Made by a program: the position numbers and the translations under genes. Positions 1-11,225 of a stretch of DNA of 42,903 nucleotides are shown piece by piece. How positions within the stretch are numbered: position 1 is the first letter of the stretch; each line of letters opens with the position of its first letter. The stretch comes from Nemertoderma westbladi. Its lineage: Eukaryota; Animalia; Xenacoelomorpha. Where the stretch lies: the NCBI GenBank assembly GCA_032718475.1, contig JAUCBJ010005770.1:1-42903 (forward strand). The letters are read 5' to 3'. The notes under the pieces were generated by a model. That model was not told the origin of the DNA, did no database searches, and saw only the letters and a list, made by a program, of their open reading frames with translations.

Positions 1-1770
1 CAGGAAAACGCCTAACTGATGTTTGTAAAGCTCTTGTATTGGAAGTATTCCCAAAGTTTTATAAATAGGACCAGAAGAAATGACTATTTGTGATACAACA
101 AAGGAGTTTATTTACTTTAATTCTTAGTTTCTTGAGATCAGTCGAGTATGTACAGCCCCAAAGATTATACAGTAGGCATAATAAGTAGGTAAGGGTGAAC
201 TAATGAGTAGTACAGTTGACGGAGAATAAGCGGGAAAATATGAATATGCCTCTTCTTATAAAAAATACCCACACACTTTGGAATTTTACTTATAATAAAA
301 CTGATTTAAAACACCAGGAATTTTACTTCTGTTTGTATAGGAAATTGGTGAATTATTAATAATTATTCTGGGAACGTTAGTGGTGCAATTCTGTTTTTTT
401 CAGATTAAGGTAAAGTGAATTATCAATTAACCAGTTCAATTAATCAATTAATTTTGATGGATCTTTCTAGATCAAAGAGTAGAACAAGAGTTGTATCATC
501 TGCAAATGACGTAGACAGCAATTTAGTCGAATTTGGTAGGTCATTAATATATAAAAGGAAGAGAGTCGGCGAAAGGACGCCCCCTTGCGACACACCACAT
601 AATAAAGGTTGCAGTGATGATATGAAATTGTCAATTTTTATAAACTGAAAGCGGTCGGAAAGAAAGCTTCCAAATAATTTCAATGGAGTACCATGTATGC
701 CATAAGCTTCGAGTTTACTTAAAAGGGTCTTGTGTTTCAGAGTGTCAAAGGCTTTAGATAAATCTAAATACACTGCACAAGCCGAGGTTTTATTGTCCAG
801 AGCTTTATATTTCAATTAATATAATAAATAATATATCAATAAATATTTTCAAGAATTGTTAATAAAGCATGTGCTGTTGTACGTTTTTCCCTAAAGCCAT
901 TTTGATTATGAGAATATGGATTTTCTGTTTAGAAAGGTATGAAACAAGCTGAGAATTGATAATAGACTCGAAGACTTTTGTTAGTACAGGTAACAAACAG
1001 TGAGATGGGACGATAGTTATTAGGATTTGTGGGGTCTGCTCCTTTGTGCAACGGTATAACTTTAGCAATTTTGAGAGATTTAGGGTATGATCCGGTTGAA
1101 AATGAATTATTGATTAAGCTGTGTAAATATAAGGATAACGGCTTTGCAGCAATGCAATGATTAGGAGTTTGGTAGGAAAGGGGTCGTTAGAAGCAGATGA
1201 TGGATCGAGATGTAGAAGTCTGTATTCAACTTCAACTGGACTGGTTTCAGTGAGAACGAAAGATTTAGGATTTGAATGTTTTATGTATTGTAGAGGAGAA
1301 CAACTGATTTATTAATAAATATTTGGATTTGTTAAAATGACACGAGTATGACTCAAAAACCGAAAAAGTAGGTTGGTGATCCGAAGTACCTATAATAGAA
1401 GAAAATACACCGGAGCTAGAGAATGAACTTGTAATACTGTATTTGTAAATGTATGGTATATAAGTGTTTTGGACCAGGGAGGTTATTCGAGTTGGTTGTT
1501 AGATTATTTGCACGAAACCATTTGAATTGAGAATGTCTATGTACTGTTTGGATATCTTGGAAGGTTTTAGAAGATCAATATTCGTATCTCTGGAAATGAT
1601 AACATCAAACTTTTTATTTAGAGTAGAAAGTTAGTCAAGGTGCTTAAAAAAATCACTTTTCGATTTTTTGGCCAGTACATTGAATTAATGAAAGCATTGA
1701 CTGTGTTTATGGAAGATGTGTCCCTTGACCAATATGACTTGGTACCCATTCTAGTAAAGCTTAACATAAA
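1..1770 (-). mobile_element. Decayed CR1/L2-group (Crack/Daphne-like) LINE ORF2: APE endonuclease + RT remnants
   Basis: ORF 444-815 has RT motifs VYLDLSKAFDT, GVSQGGVLSPTLFLLYIND and FADDT. Upstream on the minus strand are APE remnants DTNIDLL, PTRIT, TLIYHTFTN and GTSDHQPTF (~1365-1600). Many stops and frameshifts. Confidence 0.9.
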
Positions 1771-1832
1771 TTTATGGTCTCGAAATAATCACAAAATTAT
1801 GTGATTTTTTTTGGTCCCAAATTTCCAAAAAA

Positions 1833-2010
1833 AAATCGGGGCTCCAAAATAAAAATCAATGTGATTATAGACAGAAAAAGGCGAAGAAGGTGTTGGATTC
1901 TGATTGAATTTATTAAATTTATTAAATCGGGGCTCCACAATAACAATCATTGTGATTATAGACAGAAAAAGGCTATAAGAAGGGGGTGGATTCTGTTTGA
2001 ATTTATTAAA
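1833..2010. repeat. Imperfect ~92-bp tandem duplication
   Basis: aaatcggggctcca...gtgattatagacagaaaaagg...ggattctg.ttgaatttattaaa occurs twice, head to tail. Confidence 0.85.
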
Positions 2011-2173
2011 CTCATTACACATGAACCAAAGATCAACCAGCATTAATTAAAGAAAAAATTTTACTGGTAAAGTACCGGTATACCGGTACTCTAGCAAAAA
2101 TCACATTTCTTTATTATCCGATAATAGTCCATTATTTCCTTAAACTCCCCTGGCTTTATTTTATACGACTTAA

Positions 2174-2847
2174 GGGGGGTATCACCCCATGCGACTGCAA
2201 AATTTTAAAATTTTTTGTTCTTCTACATTTGTGGTTTCATAGAAGGGCTTTCATGTGGTGACATCGGTTTTCACCATTGAATAATTTTCCACCACAAAAC
2301 AGAACTTATCAACAACATAATTTATTGATTATATTTCATGACTCTCTGTATAAAACAACCTTTTTCTTAAGTTTAGTTTCAGTTCAGTTTACTGATTTTG
2401 ACATTTATCATCACTAAATTCCCTACTACTGTACTTTTTTATTTTTCACTCAATTTTTATCGAACATATACCAAAATGTTCAGCATCTATAGGGCTACAA
2501 TTGTGAGTATTGATTTTGTAAAATATGCCCATTTGAATTTTCTATGATCCATTATGTAACTGCTTCTCTTTGTCTATCTCCAAATATATGATGCCCGAAA
2601 TACAGCCCGAACATACTAAAGCCCTCATAAAATTTTCGAAAACAATAATTTAGTGCTGAAATTTTCACAGAAGATAGCCTACATATCTAGGTTCATTGGC
2701 CCAAACTCTTGGACCGAGAACTGCAACCCGGTTGGTATTACAGATCCTTTTACAAGATTTTCCATAAAACTTCTCAAAATATTTCCAAATCTTGAAAAAA
2801 ACCGACTTGCACAAAAAGGTAAAAATAGATTTGGGGTGATACCCCCC
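2174..2847. mobile_element. Non-autonomous DNA transposon (MITE), Kolobok-type ends
   Basis: Perfect 16-bp TIR GGGGGGTATCACCCCA / TGGGGTGATACCCCCC flanked by TTAA (2170-2173, 2848-2851). TTAA TSD with purine (GG) termini fits Kolobok rather than piggyBac (CC). It interrupts the C-terminal part of the pogo-like ORF. Confidence 0.85.
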
Positions 2848-3111
2848 TTAAATACCCTTTTCCAATAAAATGAATAAAAGTAAATTCTGCCTCAGTCACT
2901 CTTTCACCGACATCCATGCCAAAAACCTTATTTAAGCGGCCCAAATACCAGTTCTTGTCGTATGCAAATTCATAATATTTTCCTTTACATTCATCTGGAT
3001 GTTCATTTATAAAGTCATCTATATCCTTTAGTTGAACCATCATATCTTCTTCCTGCCATTCAACATCATGATCCAGGTTTCCACCTTGGTGTAGTGGTTG
3101 CATTGAATTCA

Positions 3112-3356
3112 CATCTCCTGTAGGTCGTGGGTTCGATCCTCACATGGGCCAGGGCAGTTTTCGTTTCGGCACGAATGCTTTAAAGGGACCAGCCAGGGCG
3201 CATCTCTGCCTTGCATCCTTAAGTAGTAGCTAAATGAGTACTGGAGTTTCCTCTGGGGAGTAAAGTTCTGGGGGGACCGCACTGGAAATAAGTCGTCAGA
3301 CTTTGTGCATATTCCCTGGCCTAGTGGCCGAAGAAAATTTACTTTTACTTTACTTT
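3112..3356 (+). mobile_element. 5'-truncated tRNA-derived SINE with Nin/Deu-like central domain
   Basis: Pol III B-box GGGTTCGATCC at 3129-3139. The central tctgccttgcatcctt...taaatgagtac...ggggagtaaag resembles the Nin/Deu SINE core. The 3' tail is (TTTAC)n. No A-box visible. Confidence 0.7.
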
Positions 3357-3649
3357 TTGATCATCTGCAACTGCGAGATCATCAGCAACATCCTCTGAAC
3401 TGTCCCCATCCTTTTCCATGCAATCATCGCTGCTTGATTCACTACTAGTCGTATCTGTATCTACTGTCTGAGCGTGCTTCCTCCGTTTTAATATCTTCTT
3501 ACTTTTTGATCATCTGCAACTGCGAAATCATCAGCAACATCCTCTGAACTGTCCCCATCTTTTTCCATGCAATCATCGCTGCTTGATTCACTACTAGTCG
3601 TATCTGTATCTACTGTCTGAGCGTGCTTCCTCTGTTTTAATATCTTCTT
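3351..3649. repeat. ~149-bp near-perfect tandem duplication in the acidic tract of the pogo-like ORF
   Basis: tactttttgatcatctgcaactgcga...ttttaatatcttct repeated at 3351 and 3500. Confidence 0.95.
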
Positions 3650-4450
3650 ATTTGACACCGTTTCCTTATCCTGTGACAATGTCTAAGATGTACCTGTACC
3701 CTGCTGTCTGTGAAATACTAGCAGTTGTCTTAGAACATCCCAACAACGCTGTATTAATTGAAATCTTACGTCGTAGAACTGACTCTTTTCGCTTTCTTGT
3801 GCGTTCCTCACGTAGCTTTGCTGCCTCTAGATGTACTTCTGTTGACATTACAGTTGCTTTACCACACCCAACACCAGCTTGATGCTTCTTTGGCTTTGAA
3901 GCCCCAAGTTGTTGATCCAAAACCGTCTGGACCAATTAACCCTGCCTGGAAAGACGTTCTTCAGGTGACAATAAATCAATTGCAGGTGATGATCTACCTG
4001 ATGATGGTGCTGGAGATCCACTCCTTAACGAATTCCCCACGATTCCCTAACGAATTCCTTAATATGGAAGGATTTTTCTGCCAAATAGGAATATATTGTA
4101 AGGAACAAATTGCAGAGTAACCAGGTCCTGGATTCGGCGTAGTTGGAACTGGTTCGAAACATGGAACAGGAGGAAATTCTGAACAAATAATGCCTCGACA
4201 AACATTCAGTGATCGATGAGGAGTAGATGCCTTAGGTGTTGCTGCATCACCATCTTTAGATTGAACCCCCTGTCGTTCAGGATCACAAATACCACATCTG
4301 GCTATTGCAGCATCTTCCTCTTCTGTAATCTCTGGTTTTCCTCTATCAACCCAATCATCGTAAAGGACACTGAGTCTTGGATTAAATCGTGTCATTGGAT
4401 ATTTAGATCGATCCATAGGCTAAATCCCACTAAGCCTCCATCCAGCTTCA

Positions 4451-5812
4451 ATGTGTGTAGGTTACAGTAAATAATCTGTACGAGCCAATTTGTTAATTGC
4501 TAATTTGCTCGTACAGATTATTTACTGTAACCTACACACATGATCTGGTGGCGTTACAATTATTTTCAATTTCAATGATTAATTATAATATCACAAATAC
4601 TCGAGTTTCGCCACCACCACACATAACTTTAATGTGTATCATGTTATACTGTAAGTACTATTGTATCCATCTAATGTAAATATAACTCACCCCAATGCAC
4701 TAAATGACATTATTATTTACTATGTGGTACACGTGTGACCTGTCGGCTTATAACTTTTCCTTTATTTCCAATTATTACATAATAATCACACAAACTTGCC
4801 GCCATCCTAGTGTACCTGTAAATATTCAATGTTTTTAAAATTATTAATACTTCGCAACATATCGTCATATCGTGCATCAATCATTTTTTATTCAAGTTCA
4901 ATGGTTCAATTTATCACATAACCAACACCTAAACTTTGGATTTTATCGATTGTATAGTTGAATACAAAAAATATATTTATAACTTACTACAACGCACCCT
5001 ATTATAACTACTGGTACAGTACATTCGTCTTAATTATAATTAAACCTATTCATATTGTCCTAACGTAACTTTAGCTATATTTGGGTGCAACTACGTATTT
5101 TTAGTTCTTTTTTCTTTTTTTTTTTTTCAATTGTCCAATTTACAATATAACTAACACCTAAACTTTGGATTTTATCGATACAACTAATATATTTAGTTTG
5201 TGTGGTGTTATATTGAACTAATAGTACCGTTAATTAATGGTAATTCAAGGGTTATATGCACTTATCCAAGTACGCATTGTACTTTTTTACAACATCTTTA
5301 TAACCTAATGACAACTTTCAATCGGTGTGTTAATTGTATAGTTTAATACAAAACATGTCACCTACACATAGCCATACGGCCAGACACTATTGGTTACCGG
5401 TACACGATCTCACTTGTTCTGACAGGTGGTGTAGCAGCCTACTGCTACACCCAGTACAACTATCTGCCTGTAGCAGAACTAACCATACACTTAAAACAGT
5501 ACATCAGTATACTGCTATTATTATAAGTAAAAGACATCCCTATATATTATGTTATTGACATTTTTATAGTCATAAAATGTATATTTACCAGTTTAGTCTG
5601 ATATAACCGTTTATTACCGTAATATTTTAGACCTGATATACCGGTACACTTAGGCCATAATCTTTGGTATGATTTGTTGATTTGGTTACCATATATTGTT
5701 TATTGAAGAGTCCGAAGTAGGCCGGAAGGCCAAAACGTTACTCCACTAACACCGAGTGTTTTCATTGTCAGCGATAGACCCTCTTGCCCCTATATCCACA
5801 AACCACTTAATA
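4451..5812 (+). mobile_element. Non-coding Penelope-like (PLE-derived) insertion
   Basis: Splits the pogo ORF. Starts with a perfect 35-bp inverted repeat (4451-4485 / 4507-4541). Ends with a degenerate hammerhead and a GATAGACCC..CCC motif that also ends the PLE at ~32106. Confidence 0.65.
5708..5743 (+). ncRNA. Degenerate minimal type I hammerhead ribozyme (probably inactive)
   Basis: gagt-CCGAAGTA-ggcc-ggaa-ggcc-AAAA-cgtt-actc. Stems I and II and the palindromic stem III are intact, but the core differs from CTGAAGAA...GAAA at 3 positions. Confidence 0.55.
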
Positions 5813-5816
5813 AGAA

Positions 5817-6877
5817 AGCATCAGGAAAGACATCACTCAAAAACTGAAGGAGTTCTTCACGCTTCAAAGGATCTTTACGCAGTGTCTCTCTGAACTCCTT
5901 TTGAAGATACTTGTTCCATAATTTCTTAAAAATACCAAATGGACACATATCCAGGGGTTGAAGCCTCTCCATACAGTTTGGTGGAAGCTTAATGATTGAA
6001 GTGGAATTTTGAATTGCCATTTCTATGATTCTACTCCCACAATGTTGGGAAGCTCATTCATAAACAACAAGAAGCGGTCTTTTTACAACAACCTCCAGAA
6101 GGTCTTTGAACCATTCCTGGAAAATCTCAGCTGTCATCCAGCCATTAGGGCTGACCTTCACCTTCATGCCATGAAGATCATGAAGTCATGTCCATGAAGA
6201 CAGCCATCTAGAATACGAGATGGTGGCGAATTTGTACCCTTAAATATGAACAATGGAGGTAATGATGAGCCATCTGCTCTACAAACAGCAAGAAAGGTAA
6301 TGTTTGCATAGCCACCAGCAACACGAGCATCATTGAAGCACTCATCAATTGGTCCCAAAACCTTTCTTCTATTGGAATCATGATGAGTTTTACTTTCATC
6401 ACAATTAATAATGAGATGAGCTCGATTTTCGATTGGTAATTTCTCTACTTCTTCAAATGCCAAGTCATAGAAGTGGTTTATGGCGAATAAACTCCTTGCA
6501 GAATTTCTTCGATGGATAAACACCTTCACTAGACCACAAACCAAGTTCGTGAACCTCACTGTAGTCCTTGAATAGTTTTGGAAGATCCCCAGTGGCTAAA
6601 CCGAAATTAGCATGAGCAGAAGCAATAATAATATCAGCAATTGCTTGCTCATCTGCTTCAGACAACACTTTCTTCCTGCCTTGGTACTTGGGGGTTTGAT
6701 TTCACCACGATCAACTTGAATAGCTTGCTGTAACTTAGAATACGACATATTATACTTCTTAGCTAATTCACAAATTCCTTGTGTCTTCTTACAACTCTCA
6801 GAACCATCATCAGTATTCTGCAGGTGGGATTCCTTATGCTCGTTTACTGCTACTCTAACTGATTCACAGTTTTTCAC
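5817..6877 (-). pseudogene. pogo/Tigger-like transposase N-terminal half (psq-HTH, CENP-B HTH, DDE_1)
   Basis: Frameshifted pieces: ELAKKYNMSYSKL (HTH), LSEADEQAIAD...PSKKFCKEF (CENP-B-type HTH), IINCDES, ITFLAVCRADGSSLPPLFIFKG and LPPNCMERLQPLDMCPFGIFKKLW. Confidence 0.92.
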
Positions 6878-6929
6878 AGTCTAACAGTTTTTCTTTCTTG
6901 TTATACCAAGATTTAGAGTACATAATTCT

Positions 6930-7925
6930 AATTAATCGGAAACTTAAGGTCCGATTATTTAGAGCAACAGTAGTTCCAGTACTGGGGAGTCTATGCTGGG
7001 CTCTAACTGCTGAGGACACCAAATCTCTGGATGGCACATTCACAAGAATGCTACGCCGGGTTCATTGTGTCAAGTACAATGCACACATCTCCAACCAGAC
7101 ACTATATAACATTGGAGGTGTCTCATTGGTTCCCCCAAGCTTGACACAAGAACAAAATCGCCTCCACTTTGCAGGACATTGCTTTATCCGTGAGGACCAG
7201 CTTTCTTTGAGATTCTTTCCAGTTAACTTTGAAAGTCCTCAGCAAGTCTCTGATCGGATGAGCATAAGCTCAAAAGATGGTATGCTTGAGCATGTGGATG
7301 ACTTCTGTTACCTGGGATCATGGATCTGGAAGTCAGGTGAGGACCTTCGAATACGTAAGGGAAAGGCATGGGCAGCCTTGAATAGGCTTTCCAGGATTTG
7401 GAAGTCACCGAGAATTAATCGGAAACTTAAGGTCCGATTATTTAGAGCAGCAGTAGTTCCAGTACTCCTCTATGGGAGTCCATGCTGGGCTCTAACTGCT
7501 GAGGACACCAAATCTCTGGATGGCACATTCACAAGAATGCTACGCCGGGTTCATTGTGTCAAGTACAATGCACACATCTCCAACCAAACACTATATAACA
7601 TTAGAGGTGTCTCATTGGTTCCCCCAAGCTTGACACTAGAACAAAATCGCCTCCGCTTTGCAGGACATTGCTTTCGCCGTGAGGACCAGCCAGTGCATAA
7701 TCTTGTACTTTGGCAGCCTCATGGAGTGAATAAGCATGGTGGACAGCCCATGACTTTCTTGAGACGCATCTTAAAGGACACTGGCCTTGAAGATGCGTAT
7801 GATCTAGCAAATGTCATGGGTGTTAGGGAGTTGTGGCAGCGCAATTTTGTCGACAAGCCAGTACAGCATGCTTAAAAAGGCAGCTGCAATGCAGCATGCC
7901 GATCCTAGTAGAAGTAGTAGTAGTA
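6930..7925 (+). mobile_element. 5'-truncated RTE-clade LINE with internal duplication
   Basis: VDDFCYLGSWI...RKGKAWAALNRLSRIWKS...LFRAAVVPVLLYG...RLRFAGHC, with a (TAG)n tail. Segment ~6930-7200 duplicates ~7413-7690. Near-identical to the copy at 38099-39355. Confidence 0.95.
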
Positions 7926-8099
7926 TTCTTCTATTCTGATCCATTACTAAGATGTAGATTCGCTCATAACAACAACCAGTATTATAGGGCCTACACCAAT
8001 ATAATGCCAGTGCCGGTACTACAGGGTAAGTACAGATTAGGATATACATTATAGATCCATCAGCAACCTTCGTAACCTAGAACAGTAGCCCTCCCTGCT

Positions 8100-8310
8100 T
8101 GTACTGGTACTGACAGACTTTGTACTGGTACTGTCAGACTGTAAATTAAAACCAGTACTGTACACTGCATTTGAGTACACTTTATTTGTACTGACTGGTA
8201 CTGTCAGACTGTACATTAAAACCAGTACCGTACACTGCATTTGAGTACACTGCATTTGTACTGGTACTGTCAGACTGTACATTAAAACCAGTACAGTACG
8301 GTACTGCATT
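8100..8310. repeat. Minisatellite, ~3 copies of a ~65-70-bp unit
   Basis: ctggtactgtcagactgtacattaaaaccagtac.gtacactgcattt repeated. Confidence 0.85.
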
Positions 8311-8618
8311 TGGGTGGAGGTTAGATAGAAGTCAGATTAGAGACCCTTTTAGCCAGTACATCAGTAACGTCAACCCACACTACTTTCTTGCACTTTTTAC
8401 CCTTCTACAGTAGGTTTAAAAATCAATTGAATTTACTACCATGTTTAACAATGATTTTTTTTTTGTAAATTGTGAAAATTTACGGAACCAAAAAAAATTA
8501 ATCAATTAACATAACATGACAATACAATACAATGTGACTGAAATAATTCATGGGATGAGCTGCATGTTTAATAGAGCAAAGAAGATAAAAAGATGAAGTT
8601 TGTAGACAAACTTCGAGT

Positions 8619-9565
8619 TTAGCTGTTGATTGGGAGGTCCATATCGGAACCACCAAGCAACTCGTACGGATTTTTTCCGGAATGTGAATGATCTCCTGTA
8701 TCTCTTAGTGAGTAGCTTCGACCGCTTGTCTTGTTGGTGTTTCGATTGGAAGCAGAAGCTGCCGATGATCGGATGTGCTCTTCCAGGGAAGCGATATCAT
8801 CGTCATTGTTGATGATGATTGGTGACAATTTATCAGTGAGGCGAACATAGATCGAACTGTTACGTGAATACGCTGCATAGATAGATTTCTTGCTTTTGAT
8901 TGCATTAACTTTTCGAAGAAGCATTGAACACCATGGAGTGAGGTGTTACGAAAGATAGATCCCCTCAGGAAGTTTATTCTTATTCGAGAGGAGAGTAACC
9001 CTTTGAGAATGACCCAAGAACTGTACATTAACGGGTCTAATACGTTTAGGTTGATTGTTGGTTGACCTACTGGAACCACAAGCATTCACTGAGCCTAGGT
9101 GATGAATGACATCGATGTTATTAGAACGATGTTATTAGAAGAAACACCCAATGAATTAATTATTTTCTCCACTGACGCCTTATCCTCGACATATTTCGAA
9201 GACTCCTCAATTCCGTGAATGAGAATGTTGTTTCTCATCATATACTGAACTGATTCATTGCACTTGAATTTAACTGTTGCGATTTCTGCTTTGAGGCTTC
9301 CTACTTCCTCTCTAAGAGCCTCGTTTTCAAACTGTAGCGATTTTACAATTTCCGGAATGTCAGCTAGAGGCTCATGCTGCCTTTTTATATCCATAAGTTC
9401 GGATTGAATGATTGTAACAGTAGTGCCTAATGAACTTATCATACTTGTTAATTTATCGAGTTTATCAGTTGGTAGTATCGATGACATTGACGAGGAGTTG
9501 TCCTTGTCGCCAGATAGAGATTTGGCTGGGGGAGGTATCCTGCACTGCACCCGCAGTAGACCCAA
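8619..9565 (-). pseudogene. CR1/L2-group LINE ORF1-type protein (coiled coil + RRM-like + FP_C-like C-terminus), frameshifted
   Basis: Coiled coil LQFENEALREEVGSLKAEI, then QYMMRNNILIHGIEES (EQYSRRNN.EI.GIPE motif), then HLTP...LLRK...YSRNSSIYVR...IIINNDDDI. No ORF2 follows. Confidence 0.8.
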
Positions 9566-10030
9566 CTAAAATGTCAGGTGTCAGGTAGGTTAATTTTACG
9601 AATGAAAAAAAAGGACACCCGCAGATTTGCAGCTATAATTTCAGAGTTCTGTTAGACCGTGATTGTCATAAAGGCTAATTATAGAAATATCATCAGTCTG
9701 GCAGTCAGGCAAAAACACTAACTAACAACACAATACGTACCTACAGCAGTAGGCAGAATTGCTCTCTGTACCGGTACTATAGTACTATATAAATAATACT
9801 AACCCCCTGATTACAACATTGCCCCATTTGCAAAGGCTGGCAAGCCCCCCATTTCCGTCACGCTTTAATGCATGAACATCTCATACATCTTCCAAATAGA
9901 TAACTATATATTTATATTACTATATATATTATTTATATACTATGAGTAATATAATGTAATTAATACCATGTTTAACATAATAGACACCTACAATATATAA
10001 TATTATGTTAAATTCATTGTTTATGCCAAT

Positions 10031-10993
10031 TATTCATCAACAAAGCCTCTAAGGGGCATGAACATTGTCAGGCACTCATCATCAGATTCAGAGTCACCAT
10101 TGCCCCGACCTGTGATGCTGACATCACACTCACTCCCGCCACTGCCTCCAATACTAACAACATCCTTTCCAATCATGCTCCTGGCGTCACACTCTCCTCA
10201 CTGTCTTCTGCTCCTCCATCAATATGAATACAAGAAGAATACCGAGTACTATGTTCATGTTTGTTGCACCAGACTTGTGCCACACATGGGGTGCCACACA
10301 AAGTTGTCTTCAGTAGAATGTGATCAGACCCGTAAAGAACTTCGTGCGATTTCCCAATGCCTGTCACAGGGCCAGGGGACGCTGCCTTCAGTAAATCTTT
10401 AATCGTCTGCACATCAGTGGACTAATAGGTAAAAATCCAAACCACTATTCTCTGTGAAACCAAATCAACGAGATCATCGAAAGTCACTGTAGCTTCTTTG
10501 CCTCAGAGGCCAATTGCACTTCGCATCATGGTTTTTATCGTAGCAAACAGAAATTTACAATGTTACAGACAGACAATAGTCATACTGGTGTGCAGGTACC
10601 AATATAGGCCTAACAGGTTATTGCCTACTCAGTACTCACCAGTATGTAAGCCAAGACTCCGGATCCAATCCCGGCATTCGTGTTACCCTATCACCTACAC
10701 TATCTTTCCCAGCATGGCCTATAGTATGTTCAGTAAGACCTACAGTATGTCCTGCAGTCTGAATGTGGTCCTCCGGACCGAAGTTTAATCTTCTCGAATA
10801 TTCCAAGAACTCCTCCCCGCGACTACCATATCGTCGATTGGCAGTTACGTTCCGACGGGAAGTTTCCCTTCAATCCCTTTTTCTCTCATCTTCTTCATCT
10901 TGGTATATTCTATACCCCTCTCCCAGTGAGTAATATACATTGCCAGGCTGTGTTCCTTCAGGGCGACGGCAATCTCCCAAAGTATGGCCCCAC
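10031..10993 (-). pseudogene. Heavily decayed, apparently intron-containing DNA transposase remnant (possibly Sola2-like)
   Basis: Minus strand gives LHTG|gtgagt and later TFDDLVDLV...DVQTIKDLL...VTGIGKSHEVLY...LCGTPC plus an acidic tail, resembling the C-terminus of HGKG-type transposases. The catalytic motifs are not visible. Confidence 0.3.
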
Positions 10994-11225
10994 TGGAATG
11001 AACACCAGTACAATGAACAACAGTAGAAAGCAGTAAAATACCGGCGGTGACGGCAATAATGCAGTGTAGTTAATCAGCAGTCAGATGAATTTTGCAAGTA
11101 TCAGATAATGAGTGTAGATTAGATTAGTGTCTCACATCACAGCCAGACAGTGTCCCATAACACCATCCCCTGCTGGCTGTTGGACCATAGTGTCCACTGT
11201 GGGCTATTCATCCATTCCAGGCCTG

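Larger units (their letters stand above)
2081..4450 (-). pseudogene. C-terminal half of pogo/Tigger-like transposase, broken by insertions
   Basis: At ~4450 the minus strand reads EAGWRLSGI*PMDRSKYP, the post-DDE 'GF..tGI.P' motif, continuing the DDE ORF at 5817. Basic (REERTRKRKE) and acidic tracts follow, then WYLGRL. Interrupted by a SINE and a MITE. Confidence 0.7.

Noticed and set aside
3112-3145. tRNA gene
   Set aside because: Only a B-box/T-loop is present, with no cloverleaf, and it continues into a SINE body and tail.
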